Shown: positions 9,940 through 19,952 of the stretch, piece after piece
Position numbering within the stretch: the stretch's first letter is position 1
Layout of the letters: each line of letters starts with the position of its first letter
Source: Bacteroidota bacterium
GTDB taxonomy: Bacteria > Bacteroidota > Bacteroidia > J057 > JADKCL01
Length of the DNA stretch: 64,000 bases
Direction of reading: 5' to 3'
Assembly: GCA_016718825.1 (NCBI GenBank)
Contig: JADKCL010000012.1
Span: 65,417-129,416, forward strand
The notes under the pieces: generated by a model
Told to the model about the DNA's origin: nothing
Seen by the model: only the letters and a program-made list of their open reading frames with translations
Database searches by the model: none
Translations under genes and position numbers: made by a program

Positions 9940-11289
9940 TTGTTTAAAAAGATCCTAATTGCGAATCGTGGCGAAATTGCGCTGCGCATTCAACGCACTT
10001 GCAAAGAGATGGGCATCAAGACAGTCGGAGTCTATTCGACTGCCGATCGCGATAGCCTGCATGTACGCTTTTCGGATGAGGCCGTTTGTATCGGACCACC
10101 GTCAAGCAAGGAAAGCTACCTCAACATCCCCAACATTATTGCTGCGGCAGAGATTACCGGCGTGGATGCAATTCACCCCGGCTACGGCTTTTTGTCTGAA
10201 AACGTCGAATTTGCCGAGGTCTGCACAGAATACGGGATCAAATTCATCGGACCGCGTCCAGATGCCATTCGCAACATGGGCGACAAGTCCAGCGCCAAGG
10301 CGACCATGAAAAAGGCGGGCGTCCCGGTTGTTCCCGGTTCGGAAGGTTTGCTCAAAGACTTGCCACAGGCCATCAAGATTGCCGCTAAAATCGGCTATCC
10401 TGTGCTGATCAAAGCCACCGCAGGTGGCGGTGGCAAGGGTATGCGCATCATCTGGGAAGAGTCTCAACTCGGTCCGCTCTGGGAAGATGCCCGCCGCGAA
10501 GCGGCTGCTTCCTTTGGCAACGATGGAATGTACATGGAGAAATTCATCGAGCAGCCAAGGCACATCGAAATCCAGGTCGTCGGCGATCAGTATGGCAACG
10601 TCTCCCACTTGAGCGAGCGCGACTGTACCATCCAACGCCGTCACCAAAAACTCGTCGAAGAATGCCCGAGCCCAGCGCCTTTCATGGACGACAAGCTCCG
10701 CGCCAAAATGGGTGACGCAGCCGTCAAGGCCGCCCAATCCGTCAACTACGACAGTGCCGGCACCGTCGAATTCATCGTGGACAAGACGGGCAAGTTCTAT
10801 TTCATGGAAATGAACACCCGTATTCAGGTAGAGCACCCCGTCACAGAGGAAGTATTTGGCTATGACTTGATCAAGGAGCAAATCAAGGTTGCTGCGGGCA
10901 TCGAGGTTTCCGGACACCATTATTTCCCCAAGGATGTGCATTCGATGGAGGTGCGCATCAATGCCGAAGATCCCGACAACGATTTCCGTCCTTCTCCGGG
11001 CAAAATCACGGGCTTCCACAAGCCGGGTGGGCATGGTGTGCGCGTGGACACACACGTGTACGCAGGCTACGTGATCCCGCCCTATTACGACTCGATGATT
11101 GGAAAACTCATCGTGACGGCGCGCACACGCGCGGAAGTGATCGCCAAAATGGAGCGTGCCCTTGACGAATTTATCGTCGAAGGCATCAAAACCACAATTC
11201 CTTTCCACCGGAAACTCATGCAAAATGAGATCTTCCGCTCTGGAATTTACTCGACGAAATTCATCGAGGAAAACAAGATCATGCGTTGA
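9940..11289 (+). CDS. accC: acetyl-CoA carboxylase biotin carboxylase subunit
   Basis: Shows [13 protein letters not shown], the ATP-grasp GGGGKGMR, and [14 protein letters not shown]; 449 aa; TTG start. Confidence 0.95.
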   Translation: MFKKILIANRGEIALRIQRTCKEMGIKTVGVYSTADRDSLHVRFSDEAVCIGPPSSKESYLNIPNIIAAAEITGVDAIHPGYGFLSENVEFAEVCTEYGIKFIGPRPDAIRNMGDKSSAKATMKKAGVPVVPGSEGLLKDLPQAIKIAAKIGYPVLIKATAGGGGKGMRIIWEESQLGPLWEDARREAAASFGNDGMYMEKFIEQPRHIEIQVVGDQYGNVSHLSERDCTIQRRHQKLVEECPSPAPFMDDKLRAKMGDAAVKAAQSVNYDSAGTVEFIVDKTGKFYFMEMNTRIQVEHPVTEEVFGYDLIKEQIKVAAGIEVSGHHYFPKDVHSMEVRINAEDPDNDFRPSPGKITGFHKPGGHGVRVDTHVYAGYVIPPYYDSMIGKLIVTARTRAEVIAKMERALDEFIVEGIKTTIPFHRKLMQNEIFRSGIYSTKFIEENKIMR

Positions 11290-11313
11290 GCATATTGCTT
11301 GTCCATTCCTTTC

Positions 11314-11350
11314 AGCGGTCGTAAGTGGGTTCATTTACGACCGCTTTTTC
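11314..11350 (+). terminator. rho-independent terminator after accC
   Basis: An 11-bp stem (agcggtcgtaa / ttacgaccgct) with a 10-nt loop, followed by TTTTT. Confidence 0.65.
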
Positions 11351-11411
11351 GTTGGCGGAGGGGATTGGATTTGGGATGCCATTCCGCGAATATTCTTCCT
11401 AAATTACATCC

Positions 11412-13781
11412 GTGAAGACCTCAAAGAATCAATTGCCGCTGCTGCTGCTGCTGGGAATCTTGCTGGTAATGGTCGGCTTTTTTTACCGTCAACCTTTGCT
11501 CGAACCCAATCAAACCTTCATGGGCGGCGGTTTTGACGGCCTGAAAAACTATTACACGCCTTGGTACCACGCCAAATACGACAGCACTTATACCCATTTT
11601 CAGGGGATGAACTATCCCTACGGGGACCATGTGGTCTTTGCCGATGCCCAACCGCTCCTGAGCAATGCGATCAAATTGTTCGGGCTGGGTGATTGGACCG
11701 TAGCGATTGTGAATTATGCATTGATTTTGAGCATCTTCTTGACCGGATGGCTGCTGTTCCGGATCCTGCAGCGTTGGCAGGTGAATGATTATTGGGCTGC
11801 AATTTCGGCTGCGGCAGTGACGCTGCTTTCACCGCAGTTGGTCAAAATGAATGGGCACTACGCCTTGGCTTACACGTTTGTGGTGCCTTTGATTTGGCAT
11901 CTTTCACTCCGGTTCTTTGAAAAGCCCGGCGTTGGGCGGTCTTTTGCAGTGGCCGCGCCCGTTTTTTTGATCGGATGGATGCATCCGTACTTTGTCATGA
12001 TTTCGGCGGTGTTTCTGACGGCGTTTTGGGCGAGCTTCAGCCTTGTTTCTTGGCGTAGCAGCAAATTGCCTTTCAAGCTGCTCCACTTCGGATTGCAAGT
12101 GATCGTCCCCGTAGCGCTGTTCACGTTGAGCTTGAAAATGACCGATCCCGTGACCGACCGTCCGGCAAATCCCTACGGCATCAACGAATATGTCGCCACT
12201 TGGAGTACCATCTTCATGCCGGTGGCCTTGCCATTGCTAAAGGGTTTCATTCCCGAATTTGTATTGAAAAGGGTCCACCCAAGCTGGGAAGGACTTTCTT
12301 ACATCGGTCTATTGTCTGGTTTGATGTTTTTTGTTTTCTGGATCAGGACCGGGGCGAATCTCATTCGTAGTATTATCCAGCGGCGTTTCCAATCCTTTCA
12401 GTTGGTTCCCGGCGAAGGCATTTCAGATCCCACGCGGAAGCTGATTGCGGCATCAGTCCTGGCCGGATTGGCGGTCGGCATCTTTGCCTGCGGATTTCCC
12501 TTTGCCATCAAACCCGAACGAATGACGGAGCTCTTCCCTCCGATCAAACAATTCCGCAGCTTGGGTCGCTTCACTTGGGCGTTCTACTATACCTGGGTGA
12601 CCTTCAGTTTTTACTTGGTTTGGCAGCTCATTTTGTGGCTGCGCAAACGGCAAATGGGCGCCATTGGTCTGGCAATCGGCGTCGTATTGGCAGGTTGGAC
12701 TTTATTTGAGGGCGGCGCACTCAACGAAGGGGTGCGTTTGAGAATCTGGGTCGTGAAGCTCATGACCTACATGGAAGGCGAACCTGGGATGATCCCCGGC
12801 ATGAAGGTCAGTCCTTGGATGGCGACCATTCAACCTGAAAAGTACGCTGCTATTGTTGCGCTGCCTTATTACCACGACGGTTCAGAAAACTTCCGCGCAA
12901 ACCTACCCAATGCGAGCAAATACGCCTTTGAAGCATCGATCCGCACGGGTTTGCCCATGCTCAATGTGATGATGAGCCGCACCTCGCTCAACCAAACCTG
13001 GAGCCTGCTACAATTGGTGACGGAGGCCAATGCACCGCTGGAAATCCTTGACAAACTCAAGGATCCCCGCCCGATACTTGCGATGCGCTTCGGCAATTCC
13101 AAGGAATTTGACGGTCCCTACATGCAACCCAGAGGGGAGTTGGTCTATGCACAAGACACGATCCAATTTTATACACTCGACCTGCGGGCACTGCAAGAAA
13201 GACTCCTCGGCGAGAAAACAATGGTCCCCGACAGCCTTTGGGAGGCGCCCAACGGCCTTCGACTTAGTCGCCCCGACAACGGCATGTTTTGGATCGATTA
13301 TGAAGCCAAAGGCAAGGGAGCCGGTTATCGCAGCAACAAGGGAAACACGGTTCAGTTGAAAGACAACAATATTTTCCACGAAGGCCCGCTGAATTTCAGC
13401 CCCAAAGACACCATTCTCGTAAGTCTGTGGCTCAAAATGCGCGCCGACCGTTTGCCGCTGACCCAGATGGGATTCGAAGAGCTGAAAGGCAGTGAGGCCC
13501 AAACTTGGGATTACCTCAGTTTGCACAATAATATTCAACGGCTCGATGGCGAATGGGCACTTTGCGAACGGGAATTTGTGTTGACTGATCCTGCGGTGAA
13601 TAACATTCGGATGAATGTGACCACCTGGAAACGCCGCCCGCCCGAGATCACCTTTGACAACGTGCTCGTGCGCAAAAAAGGAACGGATGTCTACAAGTTT
13701 GAAAACGGCATCCCCGTCTGGAAAAACAATCGTTACATGCCCCTACAGGTCGCAACACCCCCATTGGATTCGTTGCAATAG
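11412..13781 (+). CDS. large polytopic membrane protein with a C-terminal soluble domain (possible GT-C-like glycosyltransferase)
   Basis: 789 aa. It has about 12 hydrophobic helices in the first ~430 aa, then a ~350-aa hydrophilic domain. An FDG acidic motif follows the first helix. GTG start. It lies immediately upstream of a GT2 gene. The functional call is inference only. Confidence 0.6.
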   Translation: MKTSKNQLPLLLLLGILLVMVGFFYRQPLLEPNQTFMGGGFDGLKNYYTPWYHAKYDSTYTHFQGMNYPYGDHVVFADAQPLLSNAIKLFGLGDWTVAIVNYALILSIFLTGWLLFRILQRWQVNDYWAAISAAAVTLLSPQLVKMNGHYALAYTFVVPLIWHLSLRFFEKPGVGRSFAVAAPVFLIGWMHPYFVMISAVFLTAFWASFSLVSWRSSKLPFKLLHFGLQVIVPVALFTLSLKMTDPVTDRPANPYGINEYVATWSTIFMPVALPLLKGFIPEFVLKRVHPSWEGLSYIGLLSGLMFFVFWIRTGANLIRSIIQRRFQSFQLVPGEGISDPTRKLIAASVLAGLAVGIFACGFPFAIKPERMTELFPPIKQFRSLGRFTWAFYYTWVTFSFYLVWQLILWLRKRQMGAIGLAIGVVLAGWTLFEGGALNEGVRLRIWVVKLMTYMEGEPGMIPGMKVSPWMATIQPEKYAAIVALPYYHDGSENFRANLPNASKYAFEASIRTGLPMLNVMMSRTSLNQTWSLLQLVTEANAPLEILDKLKDPRPILAMRFGNSKEFDGPYMQPRGELVYAQDTIQFYTLDLRALQERLLGEKTMVPDSLWEAPNGLRLSRPDNGMFWIDYEAKGKGAGYRSNKGNTVQLKDNNIFHEGPLNFSPKDTILVSLWLKMRADRLPLTQMGFEELKGSEAQTWDYLSLHNNIQRLDGEWALCEREFVLTDPAVNNIRMNVTTWKRRPPEITFDNVLVRKKGTDVYKFENGIPVWKNNRYMPLQVATPPLDSLQ

Positions 13782-13825
13782 TGCCAAGCATCCACCGCGC
13801 TGGAAAAAATCCTAACTTGCCGTCG

Positions 13826-14776
13826 ATGGCCTTGAAACCCGACATTTCGGTAGTGGTGCCCGTCCATAACGAGGAAGGCAATTTGCAGATGCTGCATCAG
13901 CGGCTCAGTGCTGTCTTGCAAGGCATGGACGCGACCTACGAAATCGTGCTCGTCAACGACGGTAGCCAAGACCGCTCCATGGTCATTCTCCGCGAACTCG
14001 CTGCCAAGGACCCGCATGTGCGCTACCTTGATCTAAGCCGCAACTTCGGACATCAAATTGCAGTTACCGCCGGGCTCGATCATTGTCAGGGCAATGCGGT
14101 GGTGATCATCGATGCCGACTTGCAGGATCCGCCTGAGCTCATCGCTGAGCTTTACCAACGCCACAAGGATGGCTTTGAGGTCGTGTACGCGCGCAGGCGG
14201 CAGCGCAAGGGCGAAGGTTTTCTGAAAAAATGGACCGCCCGCATGTTTTACCGCATCCTGCGCAGGCTCACAAAAATCGAAATTCCGCTGGACACCGGGG
14301 ATTTTCGGATCATCGACCGCAAAGTCGTCGACGTACTCAAGCAGATGCCGGAGCAAAACAAGTTTCTGCGTGGGCAAATTTCTTGGGCGGGCTTTCGGCA
14401 AACGTTTGTGGAATACGACCGCGACGAGCGCCTGAGCGGCAAGACGAGTTATACGTATGCCAAGATGATCCGATTTGCGATCGATGGCATCACTGCATTT
14501 TCAGAAGTGCCGCTTCGGTTTATCACCTTGGCCGGATTTGCGGTTTCGGGAATCGCATTTTTGTTGATCATCTACGCGGTGTTGAGCTATTTTTTCTCGA
14601 CGAGTTACCAAACGGGCTGGGCTTCGCAGATGATTTCCTTCCTGTTTATCGGAGGAATTCAACTGATCGGCATCGGCATCATTGGAGAATATCTGGCAAG
14701 AATCGGCGCGAATGTGCGGCAACGGCCCTTGTACATCGTGGCGGAGGATAGTGCGACCCAAGACACATCGTCATAA
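13826..14776 (+). CDS. family 2 glycosyltransferase, polyprenyl-phosphate sugar transferase type (GtrB/ArnC/DPM1-like)
   Basis: Shows ISVVVPVHNEE and IIDADLQDPPE (DxD). Two C-terminal transmembrane helices follow (FITLAGFAVSGIAFLLI..., FLFIGGIQLIGIGIIGEY). The start is set to ATG 13826 (MALKPD). Confidence 0.85.
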   Translation: MALKPDISVVVPVHNEEGNLQMLHQRLSAVLQGMDATYEIVLVNDGSQDRSMVILRELAAKDPHVRYLDLSRNFGHQIAVTAGLDHCQGNAVVIIDADLQDPPELIAELYQRHKDGFEVVYARRRQRKGEGFLKKWTARMFYRILRRLTKIEIPLDTGDFRIIDRKVVDVLKQMPEQNKFLRGQISWAGFRQTFVEYDRDERLSGKTSYTYAKMIRFAIDGITAFSEVPLRFITLAGFAVSGIAFLLIIYAVLSYFFSTSYQTGWASQMISFLFIGGIQLIGIGIIGEYLARIGANVRQRPLYIVAEDSATQDTSS

Positions 14777-14823
14777 GAGGATCAAACTTGATAAAGTCTG
14801 AAGTGATCAAATTGGAGACATCT

Positions 14824-15474
14824 CTATCTGGTCAGTAAAAAAGCGCAGTCTTCAATCGCGTAAGTAGGGAAATCTTGATGGATGGTATAGCTGAGGTGAA
14901 TCTCCGAACCGTCTGCATTGGAGGTGCCATAAATTTGCTTTGCAACTCTACCGACAGAAATAAACTGGTCTGGAATGCGAAACCTTGTACCTTCTAAAAA
15001 AACGGTTGCCACTACCTTGAAACAATTGAACCAGAGATTGTTGGCTGAAAATTTGTCTGGCGTGGTTTCAATAGGCTTTAAATCAATAAAAACCGTATCG
15101 GTCCCCGCCGAATCACAAGTTTTTATCGCTGAATAGCGCCCGTTGTAGATCAGGTTGATAGGCGGAGTGAGCGCGACATCCTGACTCATGGACGCAGAAC
15201 GCTCCTTTTTGTCGCGCACGGTAAGCGTGACTTCATAGTTCCCGTACGAAGCGTAGGAATGCATGGGATTGGGATCGGTGGAACTCGTTCCATCGCCGAA
15301 ATCCCATTCGTAAGAAACGGCATTCAAGGAACAATCCACAAACTGAACCTTGCGCGACGGCACCTCGGCGCTGACGCGCATACTTGAAAAACAAACTTCG
15401 ACTTCCTTCCGCGTACAGGAGGCAATCATCGTGATGAAGCAAAGCAAAAGAAGTAAATCGAGCAGTCTTTTCAC
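14824..15474 (-). CDS. PKD domain-containing lipoprotein
   Basis: Lipobox ITMIASC. PKD signature YEWDFGDGTSSTDPNPMHSYASYGNYEVTLTV. Confidence 0.75.
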   Translation of the reverse strand: MKRLLDLLLLLCFITMIASCTRKEVEVCFSSMRVSAEVPSRKVQFVDCSLNAVSYEWDFGDGTSSTDPNPMHSYASYGNYEVTLTVRDKKERSASMSQDVALTPPINLIYNGRYSAIKTCDSAGTDTVFIDLKPIETTPDKFSANNLWFNCFKVVATVFLEGTRFRIPDQFISVGRVAKQIYGTSNADGSEIHLSYTIHQDFPTYAIEDCAFLLTR

Positions 15475-15670
15475 GCAAATTTTGTTTTTATGACCTAGAA
15501 CTGAATCGCTAAGATTGTAAATATAAACAACTTTCAGAGGTCACCTTCCAAATAGGTAACCACCCCAATTCCCGACAAAAAGTCCTCTTCCTTTTGCACT
15601 AAATTCCAACTAAGCAGTCGCAAACTTGCCTGACAGTTTACGCAACGATTGTTTTATCTTCGCCCACAGA

Positions 15671-17035
15671 ATGCAATTCGCGCACGTCAGCATCAGCAGC
15701 AAGGCAATTTGGACCATCGCCGTGGTTTCCTTGGCTTTGTTTTTCATTCTCGGGCGCTGGCACAGGAGCAAGGTGGTCGATGCGGATGTGATCTCCTACT
15801 ACAGCTATTTGCCAGCGGTCGTGGTGCAGGGCGACATCACGATGAATTATGCGCATGGCAATGACTTTTACGCCGACAAAGTCTGGGGAATCATTTGGAA
15901 AGAGGGCTTCGGGCCGGTGCAGAAATACACCATGGGCCTCAGTTGGCTGTATGCGCCATTTTTCCTGGCGGGTCATGGAAGTGCAATGCTTTTGGGCTAC
16001 CCGGCGGATGGCTATTCGGCGCCGTATAAATTTTGGCTGCAACTGAGTGCGCTCTTTTACCTCGTGTTGGGGATGGTATGGCTGCGGAAGGTCTTGCGGA
16101 CTTATTATTCGGAGGAAATCACAGCACTGACATTGCTGGTGCTGGCATTCGGGACGAATCTCTACTACTATTCCCATGGGCAGGCGGCGATGCCGCACGT
16201 CTATCTTTTTGCGTTGGTGAGCGGGATGCTTTGGCTCACGATCCGGTTTTACGCTGCTCCAAATTGGGGACGCGCCTTGGCGCTTGGATTGATTTGCAGT
16301 CTCATCACGCTCGTGCGGCCCAATCACATTCTCCTTTGGATCGTCCCGATGGGATACGGATTAACTTCGTTGGCCCAATTGCGTGCGCGGCTGTCCTTTT
16401 GGCTCCGGCATTTCCCGAAATTATTGCTGTTCCCGTTGCTACAAGCCTTGATCCTCGCTCCGCAGTTGCTGTATTGGCACCTGATGACCAACCATTGGAT
16501 TTACTACAGTTATGGCGACGAATCGTTTTTCTGGGATGCCCCGAAGGTGCTCAAGGTTTGGTTCAGCTACCGCAACGGCTGGCTGGTTTATACACCCCTG
16601 ATGGCATTGGCCGTCGTGGGATTGGCTCTGCTGCGCAAATATGCGCGGGATTTCAGCATTGTCTTGCCCGTGGTTTTTGCTTTGGGCACCTACGTCATTT
16701 CCTGCTGGTGGTGCTGGTGGTATGGTGGCAGCTTCGGGCAACGGGTGTTCATTGATTTCTACCCGATGTTGGCATTGGGTTTTGCGGGAGCGCTCACGCA
16801 AATACAATCGATTTCTCACTCAAAAGCATCCAAAATCGTTGCCTTGAGCTTTTTGGGTTTATTCGTCGCATTGAATGTCTTCCAAACTTTCCAATACAGC
16901 CGAGGTGTGATCCATTATGACTCCATGACCTCCAGAGCTTACTGGAATGTATTTGGACGTGACCGACGTTCTCCAGCACAAGCATTGGAACTCCAAGCAC
17001 CTGATTACGAGGCCGCGAAGCTTGGGGTTCGGTAA
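15671..17035 (+). CDS. polytopic membrane protein, GT-C/ArnT-PMT-like (putative polyprenyl-phosphate-sugar-dependent glycosyltransferase)
   Basis: About 455 aa with more than 10 hydrophobic helices. An acidic VVDADVISYYSYLP motif sits just after helix 1, where GT-C enzymes carry their catalytic D/E. The start is uncertain (TTG 15626 or ATG 15671). Confidence 0.55.
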   Translation: MQFAHVSISSKAIWTIAVVSLALFFILGRWHRSKVVDADVISYYSYLPAVVVQGDITMNYAHGNDFYADKVWGIIWKEGFGPVQKYTMGLSWLYAPFFLAGHGSAMLLGYPADGYSAPYKFWLQLSALFYLVLGMVWLRKVLRTYYSEEITALTLLVLAFGTNLYYYSHGQAAMPHVYLFALVSGMLWLTIRFYAAPNWGRALALGLICSLITLVRPNHILLWIVPMGYGLTSLAQLRARLSFWLRHFPKLLLFPLLQALILAPQLLYWHLMTNHWIYYSYGDESFFWDAPKVLKVWFSYRNGWLVYTPLMALAVVGLALLRKYARDFSIVLPVVFALGTYVISCWWCWWYGGSFGQRVFIDFYPMLALGFAGALTQIQSISHSKASKIVALSFLGLFVALNVFQTFQYSRGVIHYDSMTSRAYWNVFGRDRRSPAQALELQAPDYEAAKLGVR

Positions 17036-17069
17036 AGGCGAAAACGAAAAAATAGTACCTTGCCGCGGA

Positions 17070-18557
17070 ATGATAGCCAAAAGATCCTTCGCGACCGCGC
17101 TTGCCCAAATCTGGATACCCTTGCTGGTATTGCTCCTCTTTGGGGTGTACCACGGCTGCATCACCTTCGTGAATCATTGGCAGTTTCGCACGTTTGCATT
17201 CGACCTCGGATACTATACCCATACGGTTTATGAATTCGGACACTTGCGTCTCGGCGAACATGTACTCGAGAATTCGATTTATTGGCATACCTGGGGCGAC
17301 CATTTCGAGCCGATTTTGATGCTGATCGGCCCCCTGATTCATATTTTCGGCGCTTATACCCTGCTCATCGTGCAATGGGCGGCGATCTTGATCGGAGCCA
17401 TCGGTGCCTTCCGCTATTTCCAGTTCCGTTCCGAAGACAAATGGTTACCGGTGATTGCGATGGCTCAATTTTTGGCCATTTGGGGAAATAGCTCTGCATT
17501 GAGTTTTGATTTCCATGCAGTCGTGCTTGGCGCTATGGTCGTGCCTTGGTTGTTGCTTTATTTCCACAAACGCGACCGCCTTCGACTTGTGATTTCCTTG
17601 CTTTTGCTCGTTGCATGTGGGGAGAAGGTGGCATTCTGGGGGATTTTCATCTTCCTGGGCCTCGCGTTGCTTGAGCTTCGCAACCGCAGACAGGTGATGT
17701 GGGCGCTCGGCGGAGCTACATTTTGTCTGGCATGGACGGCCGTCTCCCTCAAATATGTGATCCCGCTCTTCTTGCGCCCTGACAAGGTGTATCAGCATTT
17801 TGACTTTCATGTGATGGGCGAATCGAATGCAGAGGTGATCGTGAATTGCTTCAAGGACCCGCTCAAGGCGATACGGTTATTGTACATTGCGCATCGTCCA
17901 GAACTACCGGAAACCAAACTCCTCAAAGTGGAACTCTGGAAAATGGTCGCTTTGTCAGGAGGAATCGGCTTGCTCCGCCGCCCCGCCTACTTGCTCATGC
18001 TCATCCCCATCATTGTCACCAAGATGTTCAACGATGCTGACATTCGCTGGGGAATCAATGCGCATTACAGCATCGAGTTCGTCCCGATTCTCTGTATTGC
18101 ACTCTACGAATGGGTGAAAGACATCCGGATCCCGCAGCTGCGGCGCAGCGTCGCCGTCTTTATGCTGATTCTCACAGCGACCTCGAGTATCGTTTCCCTA
18201 TCGACACGCTATGTTTGGTCGAGCAGGCCTGAAAACCTCAATGTTTTTGATTCACGCCACTGGGAACGCTGGGAATATGATATCTGTAACCTTGAATATG
18301 CGCTCACGTTTGTGCCACCCGATGTGCCGGTCACCGCTTCTGACAGGTTGGTTCCGCACATTTCTCCGCGTGACAAAATCTATTTTTTCCCTACAGTCAA
18401 GGATGCAGAATATGCTGTGATCCAGCTGATTTTGGACACGTATCCGATCCCGGAAGACCGTTGCAGGCAGCTTTACCAGGAGATGTTGGGCAGTGGCGAA
18501 TGGGAAGAGCTCTGGGTATCCCCCGAAGTCGGGGTCCTCAAACGTAGACATCCGTAG
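17070..18557 (+). CDS. DUF2079 family membrane protein (GT-C-like)
   Basis: Shows RTFAFDLGYYTHTVYEF after helix 1, a multi-pass membrane region, and a C-terminal soluble tail. The start is set to ATG 17070 (MIAKRSF) to avoid overlap with the upstream gene. Confidence 0.7.
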   Translation: MIAKRSFATALAQIWIPLLVLLLFGVYHGCITFVNHWQFRTFAFDLGYYTHTVYEFGHLRLGEHVLENSIYWHTWGDHFEPILMLIGPLIHIFGAYTLLIVQWAAILIGAIGAFRYFQFRSEDKWLPVIAMAQFLAIWGNSSALSFDFHAVVLGAMVVPWLLLYFHKRDRLRLVISLLLLVACGEKVAFWGIFIFLGLALLELRNRRQVMWALGGATFCLAWTAVSLKYVIPLFLRPDKVYQHFDFHVMGESNAEVIVNCFKDPLKAIRLLYIAHRPELPETKLLKVELWKMVALSGGIGLLRRPAYLLMLIPIIVTKMFNDADIRWGINAHYSIEFVPILCIALYEWVKDIRIPQLRRSVAVFMLILTATSSIVSLSTRYVWSSRPENLNVFDSRHWERWEYDICNLEYALTFVPPDVPVTASDRLVPHISPRDKIYFFPTVKDAEYAVIQLILDTYPIPEDRCRQLYQEMLGSGEWEELWVSPEVGVLKRRHP

Positions 18558-18627
18558 GCATGTTGCTGCCCCGATTTGGTGAATAGCCTGCTGTTCTGCA
18601 TCTTGTATCCAAATCAACGCTACCAAC

Positions 18628-19851
18628 ATGTCGGAAATGATCGATCACCCCGTTCAAAAGCGGATATCCTCGCCGGGTCCCAAGCGCATATTAGCCCTCG
18701 ATGGCGGCGGCATTCGCGGAGCCATTACCCTCGGATTCCTCGTTCAACTCGAAAGCCATCTTCGCAAACGGCACAACAACCCCAATTTGCTCCTGCGGGA
18801 CTATTTTGACCTGATTGGTGGCACAAGTACGGGCTCGATCATCGCGGCTTCGCTGGCCATCGGCATGAATACCCGAGACATTCTGACCGAATATGAAAAA
18901 ATGGGTGATCAGATCTTCGAACATCCCGCAAAATTCTGGCAAGTTCTGCGGCTGCTGCGGCAAAACCTTTTCTATCGGAACAAGCCCGCCGTGATCGAAT
19001 CGATCCTGCAAAAATTCTACGCCGACCAAACGACCGGCCGCGAATTCACCCTCGGGGACTCCCGTCTCACAACCGGATTGTGTATCGTGACGAAGCGGGT
19101 AGACACCTTCAGCGTTTGGCCCATGCACAACAATCCAAAAGGTCGTTACTATGCAGACAACAAGGACTTGCCACTTTGGCGTGTGGTCCGTGCAAGCAGT
19201 GCCGCCCCTACTTTTTTCCCGCCGACTATTTTCGGATTTGACCCAAGTGGAAAGGAAGGTGCATTTGTCGATGGAGGGGTGAGCATGTACAACAATCCCT
19301 CGATGCTGCTGTATCTCATGGCGACGCTGAAAGGGTATCGCTTCGAATGGCCGACCGGTGAAGACAAACTCATGGTGGTCTCTGTGGGAACGGGAACAAG
19401 CAATGTGAAGTTTACAGCCGAAGAAGTGCGGCAATTGGGCAAAAAAAATGCGATTTTCTGGGGCAGCACCGTGCCGGACATGTTCATACGAGACGCCAGC
19501 GAATACAACGAAATGCTCATGCAAAGCCTCAGCCAATCCCCTACCGCCCGGAAGATTGACAGCGAGGTGCGTAATTTGGATGGGGATCAGCTCGCAGGCA
19601 CACCACGTCTGCATTACCTGCGCTACAACGCAACGCTTAGCAATGAAGACATCGCGCTGAATGCCAAACTGACAGCGCAGGACCATCAAAAATTTCCGAA
19701 GGTAAAAACCGTGGCCGACATGATGAAGATGGATGTCGGATCCCATGTTTTCCATCTCGCCGAGATTGGCAAACGTGCTGCCGCGACTTCGCTGGGTGCC
19801 GAACAATTCGACGCGCACTTTCCGAGCTGTTTTGACCTTCCCCGCACCTGA
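18628..19851 (+). CDS. patatin-like phospholipase
   Basis: Oxyanion-hole motif LDGGGIRG, nucleophile elbow GGTSTGS (GxSxG), and catalytic Asp in FVDGGV; 407 aa. Confidence 0.85.
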   Translation: MSEMIDHPVQKRISSPGPKRILALDGGGIRGAITLGFLVQLESHLRKRHNNPNLLLRDYFDLIGGTSTGSIIAASLAIGMNTRDILTEYEKMGDQIFEHPAKFWQVLRLLRQNLFYRNKPAVIESILQKFYADQTTGREFTLGDSRLTTGLCIVTKRVDTFSVWPMHNNPKGRYYADNKDLPLWRVVRASSAAPTFFPPTIFGFDPSGKEGAFVDGGVSMYNNPSMLLYLMATLKGYRFEWPTGEDKLMVVSVGTGTSNVKFTAEEVRQLGKKNAIFWGSTVPDMFIRDASEYNEMLMQSLSQSPTARKIDSEVRNLDGDQLAGTPRLHYLRYNATLSNEDIALNAKLTAQDHQKFPKVKTVADMMKMDVGSHVFHLAEIGKRAAATSLGAEQFDAHFPSCFDLPRT

Positions 19852-19860
19852 CGGATTGCC

Positions 19861-19901
19861 AAAAAGCAAATCGCCACTTTCCGCGAAGAAAAGTGGCGAT
19901 T
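19861..19901 (-). terminator. rho-independent terminator after the PfkB kinase gene
   Basis: An 11-bp stem (aatcgccactt / aagtggcgatt). On the minus strand it is followed by TGCTTTTT. It lies between convergent genes. Confidence 0.55.
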
Positions 19902-19952
19902 CGAAGGCAATTTCAGGCATCCGCGCTCGGCAAATGCGAGTGCAGTCCGGAA

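Noticed and set aside
10102-11334. Long antisense ORFs opposite strongly supported genes: 10102-11334 versus accC, 3677-4837 versus pdxA, 48612-50273 versus parE, 61876-63852 versus the XDH Mo subunit, 18691-19920 versus patatin, 36724-38019 versus the TonB receptor, and 59499-60638 versus xdhC
   Set aside because: They are shadow ORFs. They fully overlap genes with clear family motifs, and their own translations are Arg/Gly/His-rich with no recognisable motifs.
18628-19851. Patatin gene as the effector of a CBASS-like or other known defence system
   Set aside because: No CD-NTase, SMODS/SAVED, TIR, helicase or nuclease partner lies within the flanking genes. The neighbours are envelope biosynthesis and sugar kinase genes.
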